32,398 nucleotides of DNA from Lama guanicoe (GCA_013239625.1 MU054001.1:3478151-3510548), one strand, 5' to 3'; positions 11,138-22,832 are shown, counted from the stretch's first letter. Notes: a model not told the origin generated them from the letters alone. Numbers and translations: made by a program.

Positions 11138-11760
11138 CCCAAGCCCTCCTGTAGATCCAGAGGCTCCAGGCACTCCTTTTCGGAGCCATGCATGTAGGTA
11201 TTTTCAAGTTTGCTCGCTCCCACCATGGACTTCCTGTCCACGCTCTTGCAGTTTCCTTGGGAGAGTCTTGCTTAATGTTACAAATGTGGCTTATGGGTTG
11301 GTCCTTTAGCTGTTCAGGGTGTGAATGCTTTGGAATACAAGGTATGTTCACAAGTTCTCTCCTATTTGACCCTTGACGACTCTACAAATGAGCTTGAGCC
11401 AGGGTTTCGTGACCCCAGTGGTACTGAGCCTAAAGACATTAATGGGCTTGCCTAACGTCCAGCAGCCCAGCAGCCAGGCTGTGCAGTGAACCCTGCCTTG
11501 AACCCCGGTGCCGTAACTTGATTCTCGGGCTCCTCGCTCATCATTTCCCTGATTTAAATATTACACGGCAGAATGGTGGAGGAAGGTCAAGGCAAGGGAC
11601 ATCAGGAGAGGGGATTCTCAGTCTCCTTCTCTCCCCTTCCAAGACAGTGGCAGGGTGTCTCACCAGAAAAGGCCAGGTCAGAGAGGGGAGCCAGGCTTTG
11701 TGGACTGGAAATACTTCTCCAGGGATGATGAGGTATTCCCAGGTATGTGTGGTTGATAGT

Positions 11761-11880
11761 TACTCATTAATTCTTTCTTTCCTTCAACAAATATTTATTG
11801 AGGACCTACTATATGCCAGGCATTGTTCTCAGCAGCCTGGGTCAGCTGGAGGCTGATCAGGATCAGCTCTGCTAAGGGTG
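11761..11880 (-). mobile_element. LINE-2 3' end
   Basis: ttcaacaaatatttattgaggacctactatatgccaggcattgttct. Confidence 0.85.
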
Positions 11881-12282
11881 ATGACGAAAGAAAATAGACA
11901 GGCTGAGACTCACCCAGGGAGACAAGCCAGTCTCAGGAAGAGCACCTGAGCCAAGAACCCTCATGGAGCTTGAGCCAGCCCTGAAAGTGTGGAGGGGAGG
12001 GGGAGCTTTCCTACAGGGGTGTATAACGCAGAGATTCAGAAGGGGAAGGGCTGAGTTTGAGAACCAGAAAGGAGGCGGACCTGGCTGCAGTTGGCTGGGG
12101 CTGCCTGGAGCAAGGTTGTAAAGGGCAGATGGTAGAGATGAGCTTGGGAAGGGAAGAAGGAAGGAGCCCAAGGGAGCCTCTGAGTTTTTCTAAAGGTAGT
12201 TTTAAGCTACCCCCAAATTGGTGGCTTACAAACACTTTTTTTTTAAAAATTAAATAGATTAAAATGATATAATATTTTTTAT

Positions 12283-12432
12283 GTAGTCATTCTCAAACTT
12301 AAGTGTATACCAGAATCACAACCAGAACTTATGATCCAGCCTCTCTTTGAGGGGGTGTGGGGCTAAGAACCTGCATTTCTAATGACTTCCTGCTGCTGCT
12401 GCTGGTTCAGGACCACATGTAGGGAACCATCG
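12283..12432. mobile_element. MER5A-like hAT-Charlie MITE
   Basis: ttctcaaactt...cagaatcac...ggggctaagaacctgcatttctaa...gctgctggttcaggaccaca...gaaccat. Confidence 0.75.
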
Positions 12433-12452
12433 TGTTAAGAATGTGTCACCTA

Positions 12453-13025
12453 ACACCTGCACCCCAATGTTCATAGCAGCACTATTTACAACAGCCAAGA
12501 CATGGAGACAGCCTAAATGTCCATCAACAGATGACTGGATAAAGAAGTGTGGTATATTTATACAATGGAATACTACTCAGCCATAAAAACTGACAACATA
12601 ACGCCATTTGCAGCAACATGGTTGCTCCTGGAGAATGTCATTCTAAGTGAAGCAAGCCAGAAAGAGAAAGAAAAATACCATATGAGATCGCTCATATGTG
12701 GAATCTAAAACAAACAAACAAACAACAGAGCATAAATACAAAACAGAAATAGACTCATAGACATAGAATACAAACTTGTGGTTGCCAAGGGGGCAGAGAG
12801 TGGGAAGGGATAGACGAGATTTCAAAATTGTAGAATATTTAAACAAGATTATACTGTATAGCACAGGGAAATATACACAAGATCTTATGGTAGCTCACAG
12901 AGAAAAAAAATGTGACAATGAATATATATATGTTCATGTATAACTGAAAAATTGTGCTCTACACTGGAATTTGACACAACATTGTAAAATGATTATAAAT
13001 CAATAAAAAAATGTTAAAAAAAAAA
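12453..13025 (+). mobile_element. Young 5'-truncated LINE-1 (ORF2 C-terminus, 3' UTR, poly-A)
   Basis: Translates TCTPMFIAALFTTAKTWRQPKCPSTDDWIKK, then after a 1-nt frameshift WYIYTMEYYSAIK...ENVILSEASQKEKEKYHMRSLICGI* (stop 12706-12708). aataaa and A tail follow. Perfect 16-bp TSD aagaatgtgtcaccta at 12437-12452 and 13026-13041. Confidence 0.97.
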
Positions 13026-13059
13026 AAGAATGTGTCACCTAGAGGAAGGGCAAGCTTTG

Positions 13060-13170
13060 TTTTTGGAAACCCTTGTTTCAGTAAGACACATGTTAATGTG
13101 TACTAGAATCCTGGTGTAAAATGTATTTTTTAAGAGTGGGTCATGTTCGAAAAAGTTTCAAGCTCCTGAA
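13060..13170. mobile_element. hAT-Charlie terminal relic
   Basis: ggtgtaaaatgtattttttaagagtgggtcatgttcgaaaaagtttcaagctcctg resembles a Charlie-family end. Confidence 0.5.
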
Positions 13171-13879
13171 TTAAAGACATTGGACCTCTCTCTAGAAGAG
13201 AAATCATCATCCTTTAATGTTCTGCAGGCTCTACAGGAAATCTTGTGAGTTCAATAAAAATGAATACACCTGCAAATATATGAATGAAAAATGAAAGAAA
13301 ACCCAGCTGGCATAGGAAATAAGATTCTCCTATTCATAACCTTACCTTGGCCTTCATTTCTCCTACTGAACCTTCTAAAATGTTGTGTGGCACTTGGCGT
13401 AGAGCCCGGAATCATGCTGGCCCCTGGGCTTCCTGGCTTCTGACTCCCGTGCTCAGCTCTCTGGCCACTGTGACCCTGCTTTCCTGCCCTGGTACCACCT
13501 CCACGCTGCCGCTGTTCTCCGGAAGGCCCCTCAGCATTCAGTCCTTAAGATGCAAATCCACTCACCTGTGGTGTCCCATGGCTTGGATGGTTTTCTACAC
13601 ATACCCACGGAATGGTTTCCTCTGTACCATAGCCTTGCTTCTCCGGTAAGTGCACTGGCTCCAGCTTGAAGGTGAGTCTCTATTTCCAACAAAAATGTGT
13701 CTGCATCCTGTTTATACTGCAGCTCTGTAGTAAAAAGCATTTATTAGCTAGAGAAAGACATAAACTGGATCACAGGTATCAGTATGATGAATATATTGAC
13801 TGACCTATGTCTTTATTATAAGTAAAATGAGTTAAACTTACACACATTTATGGCTATTTAAATGTATTGTCATTCCCCT

Positions 13880-14342
13880 GGTGGACCATGGTCAGCTCCC
13901 CAATAGCTGAAGCTCCTCTCTGTCCTCTTGGAAAGGCCATGCACTTTGGGGTTTGACTTCAGCTTCAGGGATAGGTCTGAGGTTAATCACATCCAGCATG
14001 TGGTTTACTAGTGGTCACGTGACCTGACTCTGGTCAATGAGACCAAGGGAGAGATTTGCTGGAGACTTCTGATAAAGTTCTTTCATGCACTTTACAGAGA
14101 GAAGGAATAGGAAAGTCTACTGCCACTTTCCCCAGTGGGACAGGAGCGAGGAAGCCAGGGGCCCTGATGCCTGTGTTTGCCACCCTGAGGCCACGTGCAA
14201 GAGGCTGACCCAGGTCCCTGATGTCATGGCTGAGGTGCAGGATTAACCAGTGCTGGATATGGAGGCTAAGAAATGTCCTTACTGTTAGGTCAGTCTGAGA
14301 CGAATATCGTGTTACCATCAGCTGAGCTCATCCTAACGGGTG
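13880..14342 (+). mobile_element. Old ERVL/MaLR-type solo LTR (MLT1-like)
   Basis: ggtcacgtgacctgactctggtcaatgagac...tgctggagacttctga...tgttaccatcagctgagctcatcctaac. Confidence 0.65.
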
Positions 14343-14366
14343 TGGTCCCTAATGAAACACAGAGCT

Positions 14367-15098
14367 GCTTAGCGGTGAAGAGCTTAATGTCTGGACTCTG
14401 AGAATTCAGAGTGCAAATCCCAGCTCTGCCCCTTGATGCCTGTGTGAAATTGGGCAATCTACCCAGGGCTTCTGAGCATCAGTTATATTCATCTGTACAA
14501 CGAGGCCCCTGATGTTACTGTGGGGGTTATCTGCCAATGTGGGCTGGCTGGAAACCCTGACATTCACCTCCTTTGGGGGAATCCCCCAGTGGTGTGTAGT
14601 GTTCGTGAAAGAGAGAGCCTCCCTAGTATTACTCATGCTTAGCAGGCAAGATCTTCTTTTTCCTGCCCTGGTCCAGCCACATGGCAGGTCTTGATGCAAA
14701 AACTCGGCAAATCCAGATTGAATGTCCAGGGTGGAGAGAGGATTGGAAGTTAATGGTGATTGGAGCAGCACAGGTGACACACAGAACAGCTTTCTCCTGC
14801 CGCCTGGCCCTCTGGGGTTCACTGGGTCCCTGCCCTTTCCATAGCCTTGAGTTCCAGCCTCTGACAATTACCATGAGGCCAAATACCTCAAGGTGCAATG
14901 ATTATCGCTTATACTGGTAGCCGCCAATATCCTTCCAATAAACCCCCTCCTGGAACAGTGAATCAGCCTGGGTTGCTTGCAGCCAAGAAGGCTGCCAGAT
15001 AAAAAGGGCCTCCTTTGTAAGGCTATTGTGAAGCTTAACTGAAATTGCACTTGTAAAGCATCACACTGAATGCCTGGTTCAGGACACGTCAGCTATTG
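14367..15098 (+). mobile_element. MIR SINE split by an LTR (MIR parts ~14367-14515 and ~15005-15098)
   Basis: Left part: caaatcccagctctgccccttg...tgtgtgaaattgggcaa...tcatctgtacaacg. Right part: ggctattgtgaagcttaactga...tgtaaagcatcacactgaatgcctgg. Confidence 0.7.
14518..15001 (+). mobile_element. ERVL solo LTR (LTR33/LTR41-like)
   Basis: 3' end ccaatatccttccaataaac...gttgcttgcagccaagaa...gata, typical of old ERVL LTRs. Left boundary approximate. Confidence 0.55.
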
Positions 15099-15694
15099 AG
15101 ATTCTTACAGACCCATGAAGGGATGATCTGAGTTAAATACAGGGTTTCAATTGACCAGAAAGGGTACACAGAATCCCAGTTGCCGAATTGGCAACTTTTC
15201 CCTCCATAGCCAGATGCTGGCTGCTTCAGGTCTGCTGTTTGCCATCTTCACCATGAACTGACAACGTTTGGTGAACACAACAGAAGGCAGGCACAGATCA
15301 TCCAAGAGCCACACCAAACAAACAAGAACATTGAGTGATGATTCTGGCAACAGATTCTCCTTCTTCGCCGTGGGATGCTAGCCCTAACGTGAATATCACT
15401 TCACAGGCTGGGGGGACTCAGCCGAAGGGCAGCGTTCAGAAGACCTAGTGGTGGAGGGACAAGGGCTCGAAGGCAGAGGTCCAAGATCAGCTCCGGAGTC
15501 CAGACAGCTGTCCCAGGGACATGTTCCGTAACCACTGGCCTCTTTATCACCACGCACACTTTGAAGTGGTTGAACCTGCTTTTTACTTGACAGGTCAGAT
15601 GTGACAGGCATGTGGCTGAACCTTGTCATTTGGTGCATTCCAGACACCAGTGCCATCAACAACATCGTCATCAACAGCATCTTTGCCGTCTTCC

Positions 15695-15911
15695 TAACAT
15701 TTATTGAGCTATTATTAAACCCCGGGGACGGCTACACGTTTCCTGAACACTACTTCCTTTAGCCCTTGCAACAACCTTAGGAGCACAGCTACTGTTATTG
15801 TGAGTAATAAGCAGATGCTTAGAGAACTTGGGTGATTTGCCCAAGGTCACAGAGCTAACAAGTGATGGAGACAGAATTCACCGCTGGATTTGGCCACGCC
15901 CTTAACCACTT
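15695..15911 (-). mobile_element. MIR SINE
   Basis: taacatttattgagc...caacaacc...gcttagagaacttgggtgatttgcccaaggtcacagagctaacaagtgatggag...cttaaccact. Confidence 0.85.
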
Positions 15912-17616
15912 AGCCCCCTGGACACCCCTCTTCCCACATTCACACTCATACATTTGGACTCGAGTTTCAGCCTGGCTTCTTCTCCACAGACCTTCCTCTG
16001 CAGCTGTAGCAGCCACAGAAGAGAACTTCTGCTAAAACTTTTGTGGTTTTTATTTGGAAGATGGGTTATATGCCCTGGTCAGGGCTTGTGCTGGATCCCA
16101 TCTCCTCTCCATTACAAACTCTTATGTCCGTGCCCTAAAAATGGCCCCTTGGCGCTGATGGCAATACATTGATCATGGCCATTTAATCTCACGTGCAAAG
16201 GCAGAGGTTTGGGGACACACTCTTTTCTGTGAGTTTGGGCTGCAGGCTCTGGGCTTGTAAATCTCCCCTGGCACACCAGTGCTGGGGGTGCTAAGAAGAA
16301 GCATTATTTATGAATGGGATTCTCTGGCATTCTGCCTCAGATTAATTGCTTTCAATCCTATTTAACAGAGGTCCAATGTGTCAATGGTGGAAAAATGAAT
16401 CACAGCCATACCACTTCAATGAGGGAAAAAAATCCAAAGAGGCATGCATCTTTCTGAAAGGTCATTGTGTAGGCAGGCCGGCGGGTCCCTGTTGGGGCAC
16501 AGAACGGTGATCCGAAGGGAACCATTAGGTACACGGACACCCAAGGCAGGGGGTTGGGTGGGGCTGGGGACTGCAGCTCCTGACTTTTTTCTTCTCTTCC
16601 CTCGTTCCAAGGAGGCAACAGCCCAGCCGATCAATAAGATGAGTTGACAGAGGTGCCTGAAGCACAGCCATTTCTCAGGCGGGACATGAATGGCATCTAT
16701 CACTAGCAATGAAAAGCCCCTGAGACAGGATGGAGGCTGGTCCCATCACCCGCCTATATATTCTTCTCTGATAAACATACCCCCACAAGCTCACCGCGAA
16801 GAAAGCATTTCCAGGAGGCATTGTGCCACCCGTTCATCTTTCCAATGGACATTTTCTCGTGTTGCTCCTCAGCCTTTTCCAGGCTCGTGGCCACTGGCTG
16901 GGCCACCTCTAAAGACCTCCCCTACCCCATTTTATTCCTGTGGGTCGTGTTGAGGGAGCAGATCTCCCAGGGAATGCTGGTGGAGGGTTGGTGGCGGCTC
17001 CTGGCTCCCGGGGAGGTGTTGCAGAGACCCATGTGCTGTTGAGAGGCATTCCAAATTAAATGACTCCAGGGAGGCCACACCTCATCAGGCCTTCCTCAGT
17101 TCTTGGAGAGGAAAAAGCATTATGCTGCCAGAGTCATTGCCTAACATGCTTTTTTTCCCACTCTTCTTTCTTTAAGAAAAAAAAGAGTCTGGGTATTGCA
17201 GGCAAGGTGAGTCAAGGGTTCTGCCTCCTCACCCCGGGGCAGATATCCCTTGCTGGGCTTGGTCAGAGCGAGGTGGGGAGCAGCCAAGAGTGCCAGGACC
17301 TAGTTCTGAAATAGACAACACAGGCACACGCCCACTGGGGCCCTTTTCTCCCTTCCTCCCTATACATATTGAATGGGAAACCAAAATCACTGCATCCACA
17401 CATCCTCACTGTAAAGGGCAGCAGGTAGGGTGTGTGAATGGCAAGGAAGGTCTCACTGGCCTCAGTTTGAACCCATAGCATGAAGAGGTTATAGGCCTTA
17501 AAAGTTAGGAACATAGCATAATGAGATCATCCCACTCCAAAGTCAGCTTAGAGACCTGTAGAACATTCATGGGTCACACTGAAGAAAGTATTTCCTAGAG
17601 GAAAATCTATCTAATC

Positions 17617-17834
17617 CAGAACTTCTCAGCCCGAGCACCATGCCATCGTAAGCCCCATATGACTATTAGTTGTGGGGGGCTGTCCTATGCATTGTAGGAT
17701 GTTTAGTGGCATCTGTTGTCTCTACTCACTACATGACAGTAGCACCCTCCCTGCCTCCCACCCCAAGGCATAGCAACCAAAAATGTCTGCCAAATGTCCC
17801 CAGGGGCAGAAACTACCCCAAGGGGAAAACACTG
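17617..17834 (+). mobile_element. MER20 hAT-Charlie MITE, near full length
   Basis: gttgtggggggctgtcctatgcattgtaggatgtttagtggcatc...tctactcacta...cagtagcacc...caaccaaaaatgtc...tgccaaatgtcccc. Confidence 0.92.
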
Positions 17835-18365
17835 CTCCAAGCAAAGCTACAGAGGTGGGAATGAGCCCTGTATGTCCAGCATTTAGAGAGCGACATTCCA
17901 GAGCTGCTGAATTAACACCCATGTCATCGAGTTGCCAAGCGAACTAAAAGAAATGGGAAGGAGTTCACGACACAACCTTCATCAGCTCCCTTTTCTGGAA
18001 GGCCTCTCACGTGCCAAGCTTGTGCCGAGAGCTCAGCACACACCACGCCTGACAAGTATTAGTGGTTATTAATCCCAGTGCCATGCACGGGTGACTCAGA
18101 GCAACGGGCAGCCAGAGGCATCCCTTTCGCCAAATATGGCCAATGTGGGATACTGTGGCCAGGATGCATTCCCTGCTGCACAAGGAGAAAGAGCATGTGT
18201 TTTCAGCCTCTTCACGGATGTGGCATCGAACTGGGGATCTTTCTGGAACCAGGATGAGCTAGAGAACTGAGCCAGGCTCCTACTGGAAGATCACTGGCCC
18301 AGGGAACCCCTTACCCACCCGACCCCCACCTCACATGACTTGTGCATTTGCTGGCCACTTACTTA

Positions 18366-18530
18366 TGCCGTACTACCCCAAGAGTTGTCCAGGACCTACG
18401 GCATCTGCGTCACCCAGGAGCTCGTTAGAAATTCAGAATCTCAGGCCCCAGCCCTGACCTTCCAATGCAGAATGTGCATTCTAACAAGATCCCCAGGTGA
18501 CTTCTGAATGCACTAAAGTTGAGACACTGC
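18366..18530. mobile_element. MER5A1-like MITE
   Basis: gcatctgcgtcacccaggagctcgttagaaattcagaatctcaggcccc...tgcattctaacaagatccccaggtga...aagttgagacactg. Confidence 0.88.
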
Positions 18531-19344
18531 TTTATCAAAACAGTACAAGGCTGCGAGCATCTGTCAGCATTTCCAAGTGTGCACAGACGCACTGCAACAG
18601 CTTTCTCTCGCTAGATTCATACATTTAACAATATGAATTGAATGCTTGCCAGGTGTCCTGCCCTAGTGTAGCCCATAGTCCGGAAGCCCCTCACCACCCC
18701 CCACCCCAGGCAGGTGACTACAGAGGACGTCCTTCAGGTCACACAGCAGGGAAATGAAGCTCCAACAGACTTGGGGCAAATCCTGCTGATAATAACCAGA
18801 GCACGTCTAAGAACTCAGACATCCTTTTCCCAAATCCTGGCTGCTTCTACTGCACCCATACAACTTTTCAGCTACAATCATGAGGGCAAAAAAGAGGAAA
18901 CAGAAGTTTCTGCCACTGAGTCATAAGAAGGCAGGACTGGGGGCTGGGAGGTCACAGAGACTGACCCCCAGCTTCAGCTATGAACTCATCTAGAACCAGA
19001 GACAGTTTAACTCACTGGGGTGGATTGGCTTTGCTCAAAGCACTTCACCAGTTCATCAGTTCCAAATCAAAGGTGTTTAAAGAACACCCATTAAAAAAAT
19101 ACAAAGCAATCACAGCACCTGAGATTTTAATCAGCCTGAACCCTCAAGCTGTATCTTCCGATCCTTTTAACTCGAGATGGAGGTCCAGATTATGTCCACT
19201 CTGTGAACTCCAAAATCCCAGCCCAAGTCCTTTTCTCATTTGGGTTTCCTAAAACTTGAAATCGTTTTTGTTGTCATTTAGCTCTATTTAGTGTAGTTTC
19301 GTTTTCTCATAAAGATGTCATGAGACCTGGTTTTAGGCATCCAG

Positions 19345-19520
19345 CAGCTCCAAAGCTATGTGGTGCCAGAGAAATTACTCGAGAGCCTCAGTTTTCTCAT
19401 CTGTAAAATGGGAAAATGAAAAATAACTTCAGAGAGTTCCTGGGGGCATCCAGCGGGCTAACGTGTGCACTGTACTCAGCCCCAGCCTGAGTCCTGGCAT
19501 GTAAGCAGCAAATAACAGCT
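19345..19520 (+). mobile_element. MIR SINE
   Basis: gagcctcagttttctcatctgtaaaatggg core and cctggcatgtaagcagcaaataacagct tail. Confidence 0.85.
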
Positions 19521-19789
19521 CCCTTCTCCCTCCCTGTTTTTCTGAGAACATCCCAGGGGGCTGCTGAGGGCTGACGACATCTGATGAATCCTCTGAGGGG
19601 TTCTCCAACACATCAGGATGAGCTGCTCAGAGTACAAAGGAGGTAGAGCCCGATTCAAACAAAGAGGTTGGAGCCCTTGCTGCCTACAGGACTGCAGGTA
19701 GGCTCCCTGGCACCTTGGACAGTGTTCTGTGGGCCTTCTGTGATGCTCGGGAAAATAAGACAGCAGTGAAAGTCTCAGCTGGGGCATGA

Positions 19790-20218
19790 GTCTGTGGGTC
19801 TTAGGGACACCTGACATTCTCGTGTCCTCAGGGAACGCCCTACTACAAGAGCCTTAGACTGCCCCTGAGATAGACGCTAAAAATGCCAGACATCCATTCC
19901 CTCAGCCTTCCTTGCAGCTAAAAGCAGCCACCAATGGCCCTGAGAGGACTTTGACTCGGGAACCAAGGCCCAGTAAAGAACCCAGTCTGCTGAAGACGCC
20001 CGGGGAGTGGGGGCGGCATCCAGCTTCTGCGGGCTAAGCAGTGGGACTGTTTCCAGTGGTGATGATGGAGATTTTCTGGAGATGAGATCTAGACAGGCTG
20101 AGCCTAACTCTCTTGCCCCCCTAAAGAGTCTGTGAGCTGCCTAAGTCCCTTAGGAGATTATTTCTATGTCGAAATGAACCGGTGTCTCTTGCTGACACTA
20201 AAAACCCTGATGGAAGCA
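19790..20218 (+). mobile_element. ERVL solo LTR (LTR33-like)
   Basis: cagccttccttgcagcta...gactttgactcgg...catccagcttc...tctgtgagctgcc...ctaaaaaccctga follows the LTR33 layout as recalled. Confidence 0.7.
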
Positions 20219-20297
20219 TCTCTCGGTTTAATTTTTGGACTTTTTGGGGGGGGGGGTCATAGATCATTTTATTCCTTATTAAGTACACCACCCAAAC

Positions 20298-20647
20298 TAG
20301 GGCTACCAGCAAGCCCATATGGCATTTTATACAAATTTGAAAATCTCCCCCTTCCTCAAAGCAAAAAAAAAGAAAAAAAGTTAATCAGTTCTCAATACTA
20401 ACAATACTAGAGGAAAACAATAATTTCACATAACTTAACACAGGTAAATGATTCATCATAAAATGATTAAAAATTCAAATGTTTAATGATAATATAAGAA
20501 ATTTCAGTCACTTGGATCTAATTGTTATAAAATCAACAGACATCTTGCTTTTGTAGAAATAATTCTTTTTGATGGTTTTAATGCTTAACTTTAAAAATAG
20601 CTTATATTTTATAAAAATGATCACCAGATTGGTAGTCTTTCTTGTAA
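20298..20647. mobile_element. AT-rich hAT-Tip100-like DNA transposon relic
   Basis: Terminal-like agggctaccagcaagcccatatggcattttatacaaatttgaaaa followed by very AT-rich sequence. Confidence 0.45.
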
Positions 20648-20659
20648 AATTGTGGTCTT

Positions 20660-21106
20660 TATTATTGGTTTTAAAGTATTTAATTTTCTTAATTAATTTA
20701 TTTATCTTTCTGGTATATAGTATCATGTTTTAGTCACACAGATACATACATACATTCATTTTCATATTCTTTTTCATTATTGGTTACTACAGGATATTGA
20801 ATATAGTTCCCTGTGCCAACATGGATAGACCTGGAGATCATCATTCTAAGTGAAGTAAGCCAGAAAGAGAAAGAAAAATACCGTATGATATTGCTTATAT
20901 GTGGAATCTAAAAAAAAAAAAAAAACACAAATGAACTTATTTAAAAAACAGAAACAGACTCACAGACATAGAAAACAAACTTATGGTTACCAGGGGGAGA
21001 AGTGGGTGGGAAGAGATAAATTGGGATTTTGAGGTTTCCAGATACTAACTACTATATATAAAATAGATAAACAACAAGTTTATACTGTATAGCACAGGGA
21101 ACTATA
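20660..21106 (-). mobile_element. 5'-inverted (twin-primed) LINE-1
   Basis: 3' portion and tail on the - strand (20660-20816) joined to the ORF2 end/3' UTR on the + strand (20817-21106). gcacagggaactata is present in both parts. Degenerate TSD at 20648-20659 and 21107-21118. Confidence 0.9.
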
Positions 21107-21197
21107 ATTTCTGGTCTTAAACGTAGCTTGTGGAGAGGAGGAAGCACATACTGATGGAGAAATCCCCACCACTGACCCACCTCCGCTATGTCTGAGT

Positions 21198-21398
21198 GAG
21201 TGCTTCTCAAAATGAGCTCCTGGGAACACATGCATGTGAGTCCACTACCCTGTACCCAGGGCACTGATGAAAATGCAGATCCCTGGCCCTCATTCCTCAG
21301 ATACTGAATTAGAATCTTTGGAGCTGGGGTTCAGAAATATGCATTTTTAGCAAGCCCCCCCCCAATTATTTTGCTCACTGAAGTGTGAGAACCAGTGT
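21198..21398. mobile_element. MER5A/B-like MITE
   Basis: agtgcttctcaaa...aaaatgcagatccctggccc...tactgaattagaatct...tgcatttttagcaagccc...cactgaagtgtgagaacca. Confidence 0.85.
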
Positions 21399-21633
21399 TC
21401 TAGGGTGCTTCCTAACTGTCTCCACAAAGTCAGCTGGAACATCTCTGTGGCTCAGGATGATAAAGGGAAGAAACTCCTTGCAACCAGAGGCAACTGGCCA
21501 TGGGGGGTGCGGGGGGGGGGGACTCTGTATGCCACAAGCCCCATCCAGCTTCCCTGTGCACTAAGGGGGACCCATAGCTCACACACCACCACCCTCCTTG
21601 TGACCACCCTGGGTGTGAGGTTCTGGACTACTC

Positions 21634-22385
21634 CAGGGCAACTTACTCAATCTGTGGTCCGCAGACCAGTGTCTGGTCCAGCCTGTTGTCAGTCTGCCAC
21701 ACCATAACCAGAGAAATCGAAAGTAAGCATTTAGAAGCTACTTTGACAGTTTGCCAGAATAATTTTACGTTTGCTGAATCCATACCGGGCATATCTTGTT
21801 TGATGGCGCTTTGCAGCTACTTCACTTTTTACAAATTGTGGCAACGCCGCATCTCGTTTAAGTCCGTTGGCATCAAGCTTCCAACAGCATTTGCTCACTT
21901 CGTGTCTGTGTGTCACATTTTGGTAATTTTCGCAATTTTTCAGGCTTTTTTCATTTTCATTTGTGACGGTGATCCTTGATCAGTGATCTTTGATGTTATG
22001 ACTATAACTTACCAAAGGCTCAGATGATGGTTAGCATATTTAGCAATAGTCTTTTTAATTAAGGTAGGTACTTTTTTTAGACATAATACTATTGCACACT
22101 TTGTAGATTGCAGCATAGTGTAAACATAACTTTTATATGCACTGGGAAACCAAAACATTTGTGTGACTCACTTTATTGCGATATCTGCTTTATTGCAGTG
22201 GTCTGGAACCAAACCCACAATTATCTCTGAGGTATGCCTATAATACAGTTTTGGGCTTATATTTTGTGTAACTCTGTTTTCTATTCCATTTTTCCTAGTA
22301 ATATATTTTATTGTATTTTAACAAAAACATTGGTCCATGATATATTGGAGGAAAAAAAAAAAAAAGCTGGTCCTTCACCAAAAAT
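21634..22385 (+). mobile_element. Charlie7a-like hAT element split by a Tigger1 derivative
   Basis: Left: tactcaatctgtggtccgcagacc...agaaatcgaaagtaagcatttagaa...taattttacgtttgctgaatc. Right: gggcttatattttgt...ctagtaat...ttattgtattttaacaaaa...ctggtccttcacca. Confidence 0.7.
21785..22240 (+). mobile_element. Internally deleted Tigger1 (TcMar) non-autonomous element
   Basis: Both Tigger1 ends are present (gggcatatcttgttt...ccaacagcatttgctcacttcgtgtctgtgtgtcacattttggtaatt; ...gcactgggaaaccaaaa...ctttattgcagtggtctggaacc...gaggtatgcct). TA at 21783-21784 and 22241-22242. Confidence 0.92.
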
Positions 22386-22832
22386 TGTCCTTCATGACCA
22401 AGCCATGGTCTATGGCATTCCAAAATAATCATCCAATCAATAACCCATAAGTCAGTTTGAATAGGGTTAGTGCAGCCTCAGACTCTGAACTCCACCTGGA
22501 GATACCTGCCACTGGGGACTGTGACCTTCTCTCTCATCACCCATAAGTCCTCTCATTCCAAGACTGTCCCTTCTCCTCCTGACTTCGGAGTTGACTTTTT
22601 GTTTGCTTGGAAAACCACAAGGCAATCTTCATGCTTTTCCCAGGATCAAGGTAAGCGCCAATCCCAGTGCCATCCACACCCAAGCTAATACTTGTTTCAA
22701 GATTAAATGTGACCAAGCCCCCAGGACTTTTAGGGTTCAAGTGTTTAATTATGACAGTGGTAATTACCATCTTCTCTTTAAATTCCTTGTCTAGAACATC
22801 CATTTCTAACATTGTTTGAAATGAAAAGCCTA

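Noticed and set aside
12643..12864. ORF MLYSIILFKY... and similar ORFs at 737, 1162, 20508 and 22852
   Set aside because: These are readings of L1 3' ends or AT-rich transposon relics.
19010..19075. Short inverted repeat gctttg-ct-caaagc with flanking partial pairing (miRNA-like hairpin?)
   Set aside because: The stem is too short and the loop too small for a pre-miRNA, and it is consistent with chance.
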